This document shows, in pieces, positions 1 to 13,432 of a stretch of 64,000 nucleotides of DNA (position 1 is its first letter; every line of letters begins with the position of its first letter). Under the pieces are notes generated by a model. The model made no database searches. It was not told where the DNA came from and worked only from the letters and a program-made list of their open reading frames with translations. The translations under genes were made by a program, and so were the position numbers. Origin of the DNA: Dimargaris cristalligena (lineage: Eukaryota); NCBI GenBank assembly GCA_003614675.1, contig ML002223.1, forward strand, positions 1 to 64,000. The letters run 5' to 3'.

Positions 1-2000
1 CTTATTTACATTATTTTTATTATCCTGGGATGGCCATTTATGTACCTTTACAGACCTGATATGGCTACTCTACCTATCCCTGGAGCCATTCACTCTGATT
101 TAGTAATCATTTCATCTTCTACCAGTAGGGGGCCAGCCCAAGTGGCTTTAAGCCACACAAGCAGGAAGGCAATGGCCCCCCATTTGGATCTCCAAGTCCA
201 ATAGTGCTAGACTGGGGTCCAACAGTAGCTCAACAATACCCCTCTTCATTTCCTATGATACTCCACCTCTAGTTATATTTTTGCAACTACCCTGCAATGA
301 TATTGACTCCCCCAGCTTTACAGCATTGTTGACATAGTTTTTAAATTAACAACTGTAGTATTATAGCTTGTCTGATACTTCCTACCACTAATATTTTTGC
401 TATCCTTATACCCCCCACTTTTCTAAACCAGACTAAATTTAAGATGCTAGGTTGTGCCCTCTATGTATTTCCTTTGGTACATTATGGTTGGCAGGGCATG
501 AAGGCCTGCCACCTACTAGCTGCTGTTTTCACACAGGTTTAGGCTATTCCAGCTTGCTAGTGATCCACTCTCATTATATTGATAAAAATTACTATTGCCA
601 ACCTAAATGGCCATTCTTACTTTAGCTGGCTGTATTATAAGGGTACCTCCCTTCTCAGCTACTCCCAACTTTACAAAAAAGTGTACTACCAGAGATGCCC
701 AGCCTGTTGCTGGTGGCCTTGTGGATTCACAAGGAGGCAGTAGTCTCCTTATCAGTATGGCCTAAAGTTGCAGTGGCCAGCTCCCTGGTGGCAGAAGATG
801 GGAGGCTCATGGAGTTGGAAGAGACAGGGGCAGAGCTGGGTATTGTCATTGTGGAATTTCCAGAGGGCATAGGCATTGTAGAATAAATGGAGGATGTGGG
901 TATGAGTAAGGGTGCAAGGTTTATTGAAAATTTTAATAGAAACAGTGGTGTCAAAAAAATGCATCAATAAAAGGTTACAGCAGAATTCAAAGAAAAAATG
1001 TAATGAAATCAAATAAAACTCTTTGGAGATGATTATCTTAAAAATGAGCAAGAATTTACTGGCTACTTATGCAACCATTTTGTGGGCCTTTGAAGCCACT
1101 GTATAAAAGGAAGGACACAGAATATAACTAGTGAATGGAATGAGGTAGAATAAAAGAGAACCACTAGGAAATAAGTCAGACTTTTGAATGCAAGGAAGAA
1201 AGGCGGACTTTTAAATGTAAACTGCAAGTATTAGAATAAATAATATATTTTGTATTTTTGTATATGGCACAGTATAGGTGGTAATTTTAATGGGAAAATG
1301 GTGGGAATAATACTGCTGTTCTATATTGCAGTATATTCCGCCCTCTAATAATGAGGACTGGCTGTCCATAGTCCGGGGTTAAGTGCCAACCTCCAGATGG
1401 CACTACATAAGGTCTGAGATGATATGAGTATGGGAAAATAGGTGGAAGATTGAATAACCAGTGACATTTGCCTCAACCAATGTATTATTTATTACACAGC
1501 CTGGTTGAACCTCTCCCAAATACCTTCCACCAGAAGTGGCTGCTGTGTTGATGACTGAAACACAATAGCCATATATCCTGCTGTATAGATGGCTTAGTAG
1601 TGGCAGTTGATTTTATTTCCCTGACATGGCAAAATATTGATCTAAATGGCTTGCCCATTACATCTTCTTAACAAGGTGTATTATATATTGGCCTATGCCA
1701 TTTAAAAACAAGTATCTGGTTTGTATGCCTTGGTTTGCTGCCATGCATTCAGTGTATCAAACATCTTTCAAGGTTGCTAAAATCCACCATATTCCCTAGG
1801 GATATCATCCCTTATGCCACCTGTTTCTCACCACCCTATCTATTTCGTCACTTAGGCCATTTTCTGTTTAGTTGACAGTCCACCAGCCATATCCTCTTGG
1901 TCTACTTTTTGGCCTAAAAAAACCTCATGCATGTCAGTTCAAGCACCTTGGCACTTGCCAATAGCCATGGCCCAACCTGGCTGTTTCACTATGAATACGT
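1..2000. other. CpG-depleted, AT-rich decayed region (probable methylated repeat or pseudogene relic)
   Basis: Reading by eye, there is no CG in 1-1203 and only about 5 in 1-2000, whereas CG is abundant in the genes downstream. No long ORF is present. Confidence 0.7.
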
Positions 2001-4989
2001 GATGTGAAAATTTAGCCGGGTCCACATATGGCTGCAGTTTGAGTGGATGAAGGTAATTTACAGTGCCGGTGTATCAGACACACGGTACCCCCCGCCATTT
2101 AGTACCCCCCCCAGGCATTAGTTACCCATCAAACTGCAATTGCCCACCCATCCAATAAAAGGGTTAATGTAACAACTAATAGAGTATAAAGATTTGCCCT
2201 CATTGGCTGGTTTCAACACCAACAGCCCCCGCCTCCCCATAGTTCTGGGTGGTTTCTTTATATTATCACTATTTAATAACCCGTTTATACTTTACCTCAT
2301 TTGACTCCGATTGGCACACAACACTATAAATCTACTTTTTATTGGGGTTCACCTATAACGTAGATTTTTAATTATACTAGAATAACCCTAGTAATTCTAC
2401 AATTACCTAAGAGTTTTTTTTGGTAAATATGTCCCGGGTCCAAAAATGTCAAATTCGGTCGCATGCTCTGCATAATGAAATATCCATCAATAGGTGGGTA
2501 GTATCTGTCCGTAGCACGGGTTAGTGAGGGTTAGTGTGCGTATAAGAGCCCAGCAGGGCCATTCAGGGTGTGGGGGTTAGATACCTGTACTCTTATTGAT
2601 GTTGGCAACAATGGGCAATACACAATAAAAAAATCAGCAGGGAGTAGTTTTTGAAAGAAAATGTACTCTTTCTTGTCTAGAACAATTTATTTCAAAACCT
2701 TGTAGCTATTTATGAGGGGCCTATTTACATGTTTGAATCAGCTATTGGACTATTTTAATTATCTCATATTATTATTCTCATTATAAGTTGGTTATTTTAG
2801 GATCATTTGCTTTAAAATTACTTACTGAATTAGATAAAACAGTTTTTTTGTACTATGTATTAGGGGGGGGGGGTACTATATGCCTAGACATACCAAATGC
2901 CTGTTACACCGGCTTATACAATACCCGTGGATTGGATAGTCATCTGTGTCGTCACTCTGCATATTTAGTTATAGCACTACTTTATATCCGATTCAACGAT
3001 TAAATGTCCTGACATTGCTGATTCTTTCCGATAGTCCGATTATATATAAAAAAACGTTATTGTAAATAGAATCCGAACAAACCAGCGCTTGGACTATATT
3101 TGATATTCGCATATGATGGCGGTAACCAGCTTACATTAGAAAGCAGCGCCTTATATATTAAACATTTAACACCATGCCCATCCATAATGAATCAGACAGT
3201 GGCTGCGTACTTGACATATGGTAAGGTACAACCGATGGTGACTCGACTGGTTCAGTCCAGTCGCATTGTACGAGACACTTTGCTAAAGGTGATAATAACT
3301 AACTAGCCCCACAAAGTATGGTATACCTTGTCTTTTCCAAGTGAGCAATGGCAAAGTGACACCATTCATCCACCACCATTTTAAGTGACCATGGATACGT
3401 GACAAGACCTGGGGAATATGCTCATTTTGGGCGCATTGGAGTACACTGAATGTTATATATTTAGCGTACACGGCTAATTCACTATCCGCACTCGGATTAG
3501 AATGCGCACGAGCACTTAATCCATATGGCGACCCCTGCTACCCTGACAACCCCATTTATTACACCATCCATATCTCCAATCTGGGAGCACTCCTAGCCCC
3601 AACGATGGTCTGCAGGCTGGCCAGGTCCGTTGTGTTCAATTTGCCTTCGGATGCATGGCTGCAGAGTCGATGAGAGGAATGGCTGCAAGGCTGTACGCCA
3701 TCCACTGCTGGGCAAACAATCCAATACGTATGCGAGGTGCTTTTTAGATATGCTGTCTACTTGTGGGTCGAGATGTCGCACAACAGGAAAGCGAGATTAC
3801 CTGCAAGTTTCCGATAGTTCGGGTATGTGCTATGTGGTAAGCCTATTTAGGATTGATGAGCCTGACTTAGGTTTACCCAACTGGAACACGAGGTGGAAAC
3901 ATGGGCTGACAATTGCCACAAAATAGGCCTCTTGATATAAAATGGGGATTGTGTTTCGCAACCAACAATTATGTTGTTGGTGTTCAAACGCAGAAAGGCC
4001 AGTTCAAAAATCCGGGACATATAAATTAAGACCTATTAATAAAGGGGGTTTATCCCCTTACTTATTATTATTTGGATCGGAAGAGCTGGGCGTGGATTTA
4101 TTTTATTTATCAAATCGCTAAATATTATATCGGAGGTCAATCAAGGCTGGATTATATACCTGTCTATTTTCCCAGCAATTGGAAACGATGGGGTCAATAT
4201 CAGCCTGAGAAAAGTGGTGTTCAATGAGAGGCTGTTTGAAATAAGCTGATGCCATCCAAGCATAATCTAGAATATTTTAAACCCGCGGCAATATAGGGCA
4301 ATGCTTCAGGACAAGTCTGGCAATTGCAGGTACGCTTAGAGCTTCTGACATCATGAATGCGAAATGTTTAGTTGTTGAGCGGAGGTACTGGAATAACGCA
4401 ATCCGCAGCTACTACCTGGTGGTTCTTGGGGCGGCATGCGGAACAGGAGGATGCCAAAAAAAACCCGGACGAGGGTGACCGGCTGAGTTTTCCAAACTAT
4501 CTAAACCGCGAGTCACTGTGGGGCTGATGAGCACAAAGGCACTTTCGAGAGGATAGTGATAGAGCTGGTCTTGGTGGGGGTTACAACGACGTGCGGAAGG
4601 CCAGGGGGGCGGGCATGAGAGATTAGAGAGGACTTCGTTGATTTAGACCACCTTTTATAGCAGACCAGACACGGGGAGATACAAGATTTCTAGTGAGCTG
4701 ATGGTACCGCTGGACCAGCGGTCCCGTCAACGTTATGGTTAATGGGATAGCCATAGGGTTTGAGGGCAGCCCGGTTGTTAGTTGACCAAATGACTTATAA
4801 ATTACTCACCGGCCACTACTCCCTTGGTCGCCACCCCCGGATTATTCCTTCAGCCCTACTGACTAAGTCCAGTTTCCCCATAACAAACCTTTAATCGCAT
4901 CTAATTTCCATTCTTAACACTGGGGACATTTCCTGTAAGCCATTATTAGCAATCCCATCGAGTGAGCCGGTCCCCTCTTTCCCACTATT

Positions 4990-5823
4990 ATGTCTACCTT
5001 CGCCGGAGCCACGAATAGCGCATTCCAGTCGTCTGATCCCACTTATCCTGACGCTCATCCGCACGGGATGCCCGTAAACGACCTGGGCCCACTTCAATGC
5101 TTTCATGATCCTACACGGCTCCACGAAGAGAATTTACAATTAGCAGCAAAAATTATCGAGGGTAGTCCCCGTGTTACCGTGCGAGAGACTGTATGGCAGC
5201 TGGTTTCGGTGCCCCTGGAGTATCCCTGGGATGCTTCCGCGATTAAACAACAGCCCGCTGATACAATGATGACATGCCCGCGCATGGATAATTGGATCAG
5301 CAGCGGTCTCAACCAGGTAAGCGTGCCTAGGGCTACCACCTATTCCCCCTTCACACCCGTGTCGCCCAGCCTGCCGTACGCCGTAGCCACCCATGGGGGC
5401 GTCCACAGCGGATATGTACCCCCCATGTCTGTGGTGCACCCAATTTCCAACTACGCCCGTCGAATGATAATGGTTCCCCCTCTGGCCGTTGTCGAACATT
5501 CTCGCTTTTTCGTTGGTGCTCTCCACGGCCCCAGTCGTCCAGTGCTGGGCCATGCTCGGGCTCAGTGTTTTTCGCCTTACCCCCTGGATCGATTCCGCCC
5601 GAATTCGACAAGCCCTAATATTTCTTCTACCGCTAGCCTTGGGTTAAGCCAACCTACCCCCGCCACGTCCCCCCAGACCGCCATGCCCGCCTTCACTGCC
5701 ACACCTACTCCAGTGCCCCAGTACTTCAACCCGAATAACCTCCCGCCCATATCGACCAGACGCGTGGAAGCTCAGCGTGGTCCTCTACCCCCTATTGACA
5801 GTACCCTCCATACGTCCTATTAA
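4990..5823 (+). CDS. Hypothetical Pro/Ser/Thr-rich protein (277 aa)
   Basis: ATG-initiated single ORF with GC-richer, coding-like composition and a TATAA about 190 bp upstream (4797). No recognisable domain. Confidence 0.4.
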   Translation: MSTFAGATNSAFQSSDPTYPDAHPHGMPVNDLGPLQCFHDPTRLHEENLQLAAKIIEGSPRVTVRETVWQLVSVPLEYPWDASAIKQQPADTMMTCPRMDNWISSGLNQVSVPRATTYSPFTPVSPSLPYAVATHGGVHSGYVPPMSVVHPISNYARRMIMVPPLAVVEHSRFFVGALHGPSRPVLGHARAQCFSPYPLDRFRPNSTSPNISSTASLGLSQPTPATSPQTAMPAFTATPTPVPQYFNPNNLPPISTRRVEAQRGPLPPIDSTLHTSY

Positions 5824-6529
5824 GTCGATTCTGTCCCACAGATTCCGATCGAATAGCTCGGTCCGATGGCCTCTTGTCGGGGCGGAAGTGTCCACCACCT
5901 TCAGGACTAGCCCTGCTGATGAATATTTTATGCCAACCAGGCCGTTTTAAATGCTACGTATGTGTCGCCAACCAAAATAGCTTCGTAGCCCCTACTTATT
6001 ATTGGCTTTGCCCATTGTCGTTCACAAATCCATGGGATTCGGAGGAGTGGGTTTCATTCCGCCTTCGAGTTTTGGGTATTTTGCGTCTTGGTAATAAATA
6101 TATCTGCCTATTAGTAGGAATCGGGGTGGTTATAAGGGACTTAGATCTATTTGAATGGCGTAATTGGGTCCTGTCATTATGGTAAGCTGGTGAGTGTCGT
6201 ATCATAGGATGGTCCCATCCGCTCTGACCCTGGCCCACTGCCAATGATTTCCTATCCATTTATTATGAATTCTCGACTAATATCTTTTTCACAAATAGCT
6301 GGTAGCCGTAGATACTGAATCTACCCTCGCTATTGTCCGTCTAATAGCGTTTGCGACCCTCGAATATGGGCCACTCAGGCTTCCCACCTACAATTTAGCC
6401 CTGGACTGATAATTGCTTATAGGCTAATCTAACCATCATTTTATTATTATCGACATGGCTACCGCCTCATTAACATCAAAATCCCCCAAAATAATGAGGC
6501 TCTGTAGTATCGCGCTCCCTCTCAGCTGG

Positions 6530-8723
6530 TCACCGGAGGGCCCGAAGTTGATGGATGAGTGCCACATTGGCCGAGGGTCGTGATGGAGGTTTAAATACCT
6601 TCCAGAAGCGGAGTGTTTCGTCAGCCGCCGCCGTCACAAGGTTCTCGCCGTCAGGGGAAAGGGCCGAATTAAGGACCCGGGTGCGATGACCGGTTAGAGT
6701 GGCAATCTTCTTGAAGTCGGGGTAGCTCCAAAGGGCAATGTGGTGCTGCGAGTAGCCGTGTGCGCTCACCAGTTCGGACGATGTGTGCGACCAAATCACA
6801 TTACAAACCTACACCGGCCACATCATTAATCATATAAAATAGCGCGGGGAGACTAATATTAACCCAAAAATGCTAGAGTTCAAGGGTCTATTGGGGATAC
6901 CACATTAACAGAATCTTAAGGCAGTCAAATATTTTCCGCACTCCCTGTTCTAAAGACAAAAGTCGGGAAAACTACTACGGTTCGGATGCCTTACCTGAGA
7001 GCCGGTTTCAATCACCTGGCCCGTTGTCCCCGTCTTAGCGTTGCGGATTCGGATCGTCTGATCAGCCGTACCACCGCCGCTAGCCAGGATATGCCGCTCA
7101 TGGGGGCTCCAAGCCAGGGCACGGATGGCTGCCTTGTGGTCATTCCAACACCACAAGGGCTGGCGCTGTTGTCGCTGATCCCACACCATCACGCAATTTT
7201 CGTTGCCCCCACTGGCGAAAAGGGGGAGATGCGGGTCGCCCCCTCCGGAACGTCCCCGGGCCGCGACCGCCAACCCACAGACCTCTTGTTCATGGGCCCG
7301 GTACTGCCGGACCGCACGTGGGCCCACCCGAAGGTCGAATTCCCGGATGATATGGTCGCGACAACCCGTCAAGTACCCGTGGGGCTGGTGGAATGTCACC
7401 ACACCTACCCGGTCCTGGTGCGCGGAACTTAGGTCCTCCTCCTGGGTCTTTTGACCGGTGGCGTAATTCCAAACGGCCAGTTTGCCCTGGGACTTTCCTA
7501 CCACGAGGGTATCGCCGTCACCGCTCCAGCCCACAGCGGTTACGGGTACGCCCGTTTCGACCAACCCGCCTAGTAAACTAATGTGCTCGGTGCGGGCGTT
7601 CCAAAGGTAAACTTCTAGTCCTAATGCCACGGCAATCACATCCCGGACCGACCAGTCCAACAAGTGGAGGTAGAAATCGTCTAGAATGTTTGGGGCATCC
7701 AGGATTTTGTAGGGATGTCGGTCAATAAGGCGATTCCGCTGGAGCCGGGGGTCAAAGGGTGGGCACAGCATGGCGTGACTGCGCTGGCTGATTGGACTGC
7801 CGCTGTAAATGGGGTGGTAGGGGGACTGGTGGGCCGTAAGTCGGGGCCTGGTCGGGGTTTGGGGGGTCGATCGAAAATTAAGGAGAGACGGGGCTCGGCT
7901 GGGACTTTCCACCTTTGACCAGGGAGAATGGGCATTGGCGGACGAAGTGGGGGAGTCGTCCGGACCCATGCTACCAACTAACTCATGTTGGAGCACGGAC
8001 TGGTATTTTAAATTGGCCATTTCTATTAGGGTGGTGCAGGTAATGGTGTACAAACAAGTTGATACGGAATTGGCCGATTGGTGAGGAGGTGACATACAAT
8101 CCGGCTATCATTAGACACGTTTCTTGAAGACCAGGTATACCTACTAGGGAATTGTACATGCAGAGTTGGTTAGGGCGGCCCCCACGCACACTGCCCTATT
8201 TTATCCAGCCATGATTACACTTACTGACATCTTCATCCATGGAATTACATTCAGTGCGTAGGCGCTTGAACGCAGGTGTTTCACAAGACAGTGCGAATTC
8301 CGCCTGCAGATTGCGACCGGTCCGGGACGGAATAAATCTAGCGGTAGGAAACGGTTCATTGTAAGTACCGAGGGGTGGAGTTAGCTTAGGAGGGGGTGTT
8401 GTCTACGATGTGTAGATTGGCGAATGTAGCAGGAAATCAGGGAGAAGGGGGGGGGGGTTCGATTGAGCGCTGCTGGAGGCTTACCTGTCCCCATACGTGT
8501 AATGAGCGGGGCGCTTGCGGGGAGTGACGGCAGGTGTGTTCAACAATGAGACCGGACTGGGTAGGAGCTCGAGTGACATGGCCGATGTGGAACCCATGTG
8601 GGCCGGGGACGGTGCAACAGGTAATAGGATGGGCTTAGGTCGAGGAAATTTGGAACGGGGGGAACTGGAAACGCCCTGGGCAGCCGGGCCCAGGGAGGGC
8701 TCAAACGGGGTTGTGTCGGCCAT
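6530..8723 (-). CDS. FZR1: APC/C activator WD40 protein, Cdh1/Fizzy-related type (4 predicted exons: 8723-8485, 8337-8225, ~8022-6995, 6808-6530)
   Basis: The C-box DRFIPSR is reconstituted across intron 1 (GAC AG|A TTT ATT CCG TCC CGG). Other motifs: PYKILDAPNILDDFYLHLLDWS, ASGGGTAD, GSQ|VCNVIWS, SPDGENLVTAAADETLRFWKVF, and a C-terminal LR tail. The exon 3 acceptor is less certain. Confidence 0.9.
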
Positions 8724-10442
8724 GGGGTTAATCGGCCGGGTCAATATCTAATCGTAAGATATATATATATATATATATGGGGAGGGGGATATCCTACTGT
8801 ACGACGGACCGTTTTCGTCAATCACCGCTAAAAATTGTATAAATACGGCAATAGAGGGCAGATAAACAAAGGAGCGGAAATGACCCGGGCGGAAGCGACG
8901 ACGCTGTCGGCAGCATTGATGAACCACGGCAAATACCCTCATTGAAGTTCGAAGTATCGCGGTTAGGAGAGAACAGCGGTGGAGCAATAGACGTGGCACC
9001 TTAGACCAGGAAGGTAATAATAGGCCGGTGGTTTCAAATGGGCGCTTTTAGTAGTTATATTGGATCAGTATTGCCAGCACGCTCCTGGGTAGCACCAGGA
9101 GTCTCTTCACACAGGCTCAGTGGCCCGAGTTGATAAATAGAGTTAAAGGGTACGTGGGCTTGGCCCGAAGCCAGGTGGTGGTGTGGGTTCGTATCTAAAA
9201 GGGTTGCTGGTAAAGGAGGATGCGATGCGACTTGCTGAGCCCCGTAGGAAAATCCAGAATAATAGGGCTGTCCCACTTACACTAGAGCGACCGCATTCCA
9301 AGCAGTCCTTAATGCAATTTATTAATAGGGGCAACGTGAGACAGGGATACTTGAGATAAGGGGTTCATTGGAATGGCGGGGAACCCTGATTATAATTGCA
9401 CCCCTCCTGCTCGTTCACTGACGGGCAAGCGGCATTGACTACGGGGTTTAGGGGCCGGGCATCATTAAATATAACCCTTGGGGCATTTTCTGACGGAGAT
9501 GCCGATTACAAACTAAGCGGCCCGGCACCACCTTGTGTAACCAATGATGTAAACTATAAAGCCCATACACTAAATATCCAATCCCAAATGCCGGGCGGTA
9601 AGTATGGCAGGGCAGCTTAACCACGTCGATCGTCAGTGGTGGAGGCCCTCAGTTGGCCAATGGCGAGTGGCCATCTAGGATGCTAGAGATGTGTGCGTGG
9701 GCCCCGCCGCCCAATGCTGCCTTTGTAAAACAGATAACGGACATTCGACCGTTTTTCACGCGACCCCCGCCAAACCCTGGCTGAAGTCCAAGACGGCCCT
9801 TTTTCGGGACTCGCTGTATTTCCCCTGGTGGAGGGCTATTTTTACGAGTCGAGGGGTCCCTTTGAAGTTCTGCAAAGGACGGGGAATAGGGCAGGACGGC
9901 TAAACTCCGCCTTTGGTCAGATGTTTGGCTTAGTTGCGGCTTAACAAAGGCGGTTAGTATTGCTGGGCCCAAGCTTCATTACATGGCCGGAAGATAGCAC
10001 CTTCCGTTTCCTTTGCCGTATTTGCCCCAAGGAAAATTGGCTAGATTATACTGTACGATACTTGCCCAAGGCCAACCATCTGAAAAGCGTGAGTAACTTG
10101 TGTTTCGTGAACCTTGTGCACCGACAGCAACTCGTTCATTGCAAGATCTCCCCTCTTCTTGTTTGGCCCACTCTATCTATGGACTGGTGAGCGGCAAGTC
10201 TTGAATGCTCTGACCAAGGTTAGAGATTTTTACTTGTAGTTAACTGACCTTCTTCATCCCACTTTCTTCCTTTCGCAACTACTCTGAACTCCTCCCCCCT
10301 TTTTTTCACCCGCTGCGCAATTCGACTTTGTTTCATTTTGCGACTTTCCCTCTGTCTATCGTTTTTGGTATTCCCCTTCTCTCTCTCTCGACTCCAGGCC
10401 CTACTTTGTGCGCGCGTGTTGTCCAGTCCCCGTTTACTTGCC

Positions 10443-13432
10443 ATGTCTTCTTCGTTACAGAAAGCCGTCGTTAAATCAGTACTATCGGGTGACACCGTGA
10501 TTCTTCGTGGCCGACCAAATAATGGCCCACCAGCAGAACGCCAACTGAATCTGAGTTATGCCGCCGCCCCCCGGCTGGGGAGCGTCAAGAAAGACACTTC
10601 TGATGAGCCCTTTGCCTTTGAGTCCCGTAACTTTCTCCGCACCCTCGTCGTAGGGAAAGAAGTGCTATTCCGCGTCAACCATACCGCCCAGCAAAGCGGT
10701 CTAGAGTTCGGCACGTTGTACGTCGCCGGCACGCCCGTCGATGTAGCCACCCAGTGTATTCAGGAAGGTTGGTGTCGGGTGCGGGACGAGGCCCGTAAGC
10801 CCGGCCAGGGCGAGGACGCCCGGGAACTGCTTCGCCTAGAGGCCCAGGCCCAGGCCCAGCACCGTGGTATTTGGGCTGACCCCGGTCGCTCGCCACTGGC
10901 TACTTTGCCCCGTCCTACTTCCTTTCACGGTGACCCACATGCGTTTTTGGCCAAGTACCGGGGCAAGTCGCTAGACGCTATCATCGAACAAGTGCGCGAA
11001 GGATCGACATTCCGTCTGCTCGTTTATTTGCCGAATAAGGACCAGCCCCGCGAGTTCCAGTCCGTTGTTTTGTTTCTTTCTGGTATTAAGTGTCCGATTG
11101 TCCGCAAGGGTATACCGGGTATGGACGATCTAGTGGAGCCTTTTGGTGAAGAGGCGAAGTTCTTTGTCGAATGCCGGTTGCTCCAACGCGACGTTCGGGT
11201 TATTTTGGAAGGACTGGCCGGTACGAACCAGAACTTCGTCGGTTCCGTCATTCATCCCGCCGGTAACATTGCCGAGCTCCTGGTCAGCAGCGGCATGGCC
11301 AAGTGCGTCGATTGGAGTCTATCCATGGTCACCGGGGGCCCTGCTAAACTGCAGGCCGCCGAACGGTACGCCCAGAAGAACTGTCTCCGACTCTGGAAGA
11401 ACTATGTGCCCAAAACTGAAACAGATCGCCCCTCGAAACATTTCCGCGCCACCGTAGTCAAGATCGCCAGTGCTGACGGTCTGCACATTCGCAGGGTGGA
11501 CGACGACGAGGAATTGAAAATTCAGCTCGCTAGTCTCCGACCCCCCAAACTTAAAGACGCCAACGAGGCTGGGTATCATTTGGAGGCTAAGGAATATTTG
11601 CGTAAAAAGTTAATTGGTAAACAGGTAGGTTTACACACACACACACTTACTTTCCCTCTCTAGATATTTATTTATATCCATATATAAATATATGCATGCA
11701 ATCAATCCGACTATCGATCCATCGTCAGGCATTTGCCGTATCTCATTCTGCCGTACTCATCCGTGACTATGCATGTATCCGCCACCCCCTAATCCGTACT
11801 GCCCGTCCCTCGCATCAGGTTGATGTGATTATTGATTTTGTTCGTCCCGCTACCGATGAGTTTGAAGCCCGGCAGTGCGCCACTGTGACCTTAAACCACG
11901 TTGACGTGGGCGAGCAGCTGGTAGCACTAGGTCTGGCCGGAGTGGTTCGCCACCGCAAGGACGACAACGACCGCTCCTCCCATTATGATCAACTTTTGGC
12001 CGTAGAAAATAACGCTATCGCTGAACGCAAGGGCATTCACAGTGGCAAGAAATCCACCGCCCCCCGGGTTACCGACGCCTCCGAGACCCACAGTCGGGCC
12101 CGCCAGTTCCTCCCTTCACTCCAGCGGAGCGGCAGAGTCCATGCCGTCATTGAGCACGTTGCCAACGGGGGCCGCTTCAAAGCCTACTTGCCCAAAGAGC
12201 GGGCCAAGGTCACGCTCGTCCTGTCCGGGGTACGGGTACCCCGGGTGGGTCGCACCATGTCCGACCCTTCTGAGCCTTTTGGTGACGAAGCGATGGACCT
12301 GGCGTTGGAAAAGTGTATGCAGCGTGATGTCGAAGTGGAGTTTGAGGCCATCGATAAGACGGGTGGTTTCATTGGGACATTATGGCTTAACCACAATGAG
12401 AACTTCTCGTTGACTCTCCTCGAGGCCGGTCTAGCCTCGATTCACGAATACAGCGCAAATCAAAGCCCCTACTCTACCCAGCTGTTCACAGCGGAGCGGA
12501 ACGCCCAGGCGGCCCGCCGCGGTCAATGGGAAGACTATGAGGGAGAGGAAGAAGAGCACGTCGAGCCCGCCAAACAGGTACGCGAGACCTCGACCAACGG
12601 ACCGGAGCTGGTGGAGGAACCCGCGTCGTTTGCGCCCGAGTACGTGGACGTGGTCGTGTCGGAAATCATCGACGGCAATAAATTCTACCTCCAGTTCGTG
12701 AAGGATGCCATCCCAGGACTCGAAAACCTCATGGCTGAGGCTTCCGTCTACCACCAAACCCCCGCGGCCATCATGAGTGCCACTGCGTCGGGCTTCCAGC
12801 CCAAGGTGGGCGACATCTGCTGCGCCCAGTTTACGATAGACAACCAGTGGTACCGCGCCCGGATCGACCAGATCCAGAATAACGTGGCCCAGGTGTTTTA
12901 CATTGACTACGGTAACTCCGAGGCCCTGCCCTTCAACCGGTTGCGACCCCTCCCCGCGGCATTCGCCAAGCTCTCCGCCCAGGCCCATGTGGCTTCGCTG
13001 GCCTGCCTCAAGGCCATTCCGAAGGACCAGGAATACGGCATGGACGCCTACGAGCGCCTACGGAGTATGATCGAGAACCGCCAGTTGGTGGCCATCATTG
13101 AAGGTCGTACGAAATTACCCTCGGCCGGCAAGAGCCAGGCGGCCCCATCCAGCAACGGAACCGCGGCCGTTTTCCCCACCCCCGCCCCCCCGGTGGTCCT
13201 GCAGGTCACTCTGTACGACCCCGTCGTGTCGGATAGTCTCGAGGCCAGCATCAACGCTGATCTGGTGCGTGCCGGTCTGGCTCTGGTTAACAAGCAAGAC
13301 CCAATAGGCAAACGGAACCCTAATCAGTTGGCGCATTTATTACGGTGCTTGGAAGAGGCTAAGCGGTGCCATTACGGTATGTTCGAGTACGGTGATACGA
13401 TGGCCGACGACGAAGACAACAATATCGAGTAA
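10443..13432 (+). CDS. SND1: Staphylococcal nuclease domain-containing protein 1 (Tudor-SN); exons 10443-11624 and 11819-13432
   Basis: Repeated SNase domains (VKSVLSGDTVIL, EPFAFESR, EPFGEEAKFFVE.RLLQRDV) and a Tudor domain (QWYRARI...VFYIDYGNSE). A phase-0 GT-AG intron joins KKLIGKQ|VDVIIDF. Confidence 0.96.

Noticed and set aside
2517..2580. GGGTTAG telomere-like words
   Set aside because: Only three dispersed, imperfect units; not a tandem telomeric array.
10338..10442. Apparent signal-peptide-like N-terminal extension of SND1 in the ORF track
   Set aside because: It starts at TTG in a pyrimidine-rich 5' UTR; the ATG at 10443 matches the family N-terminus.
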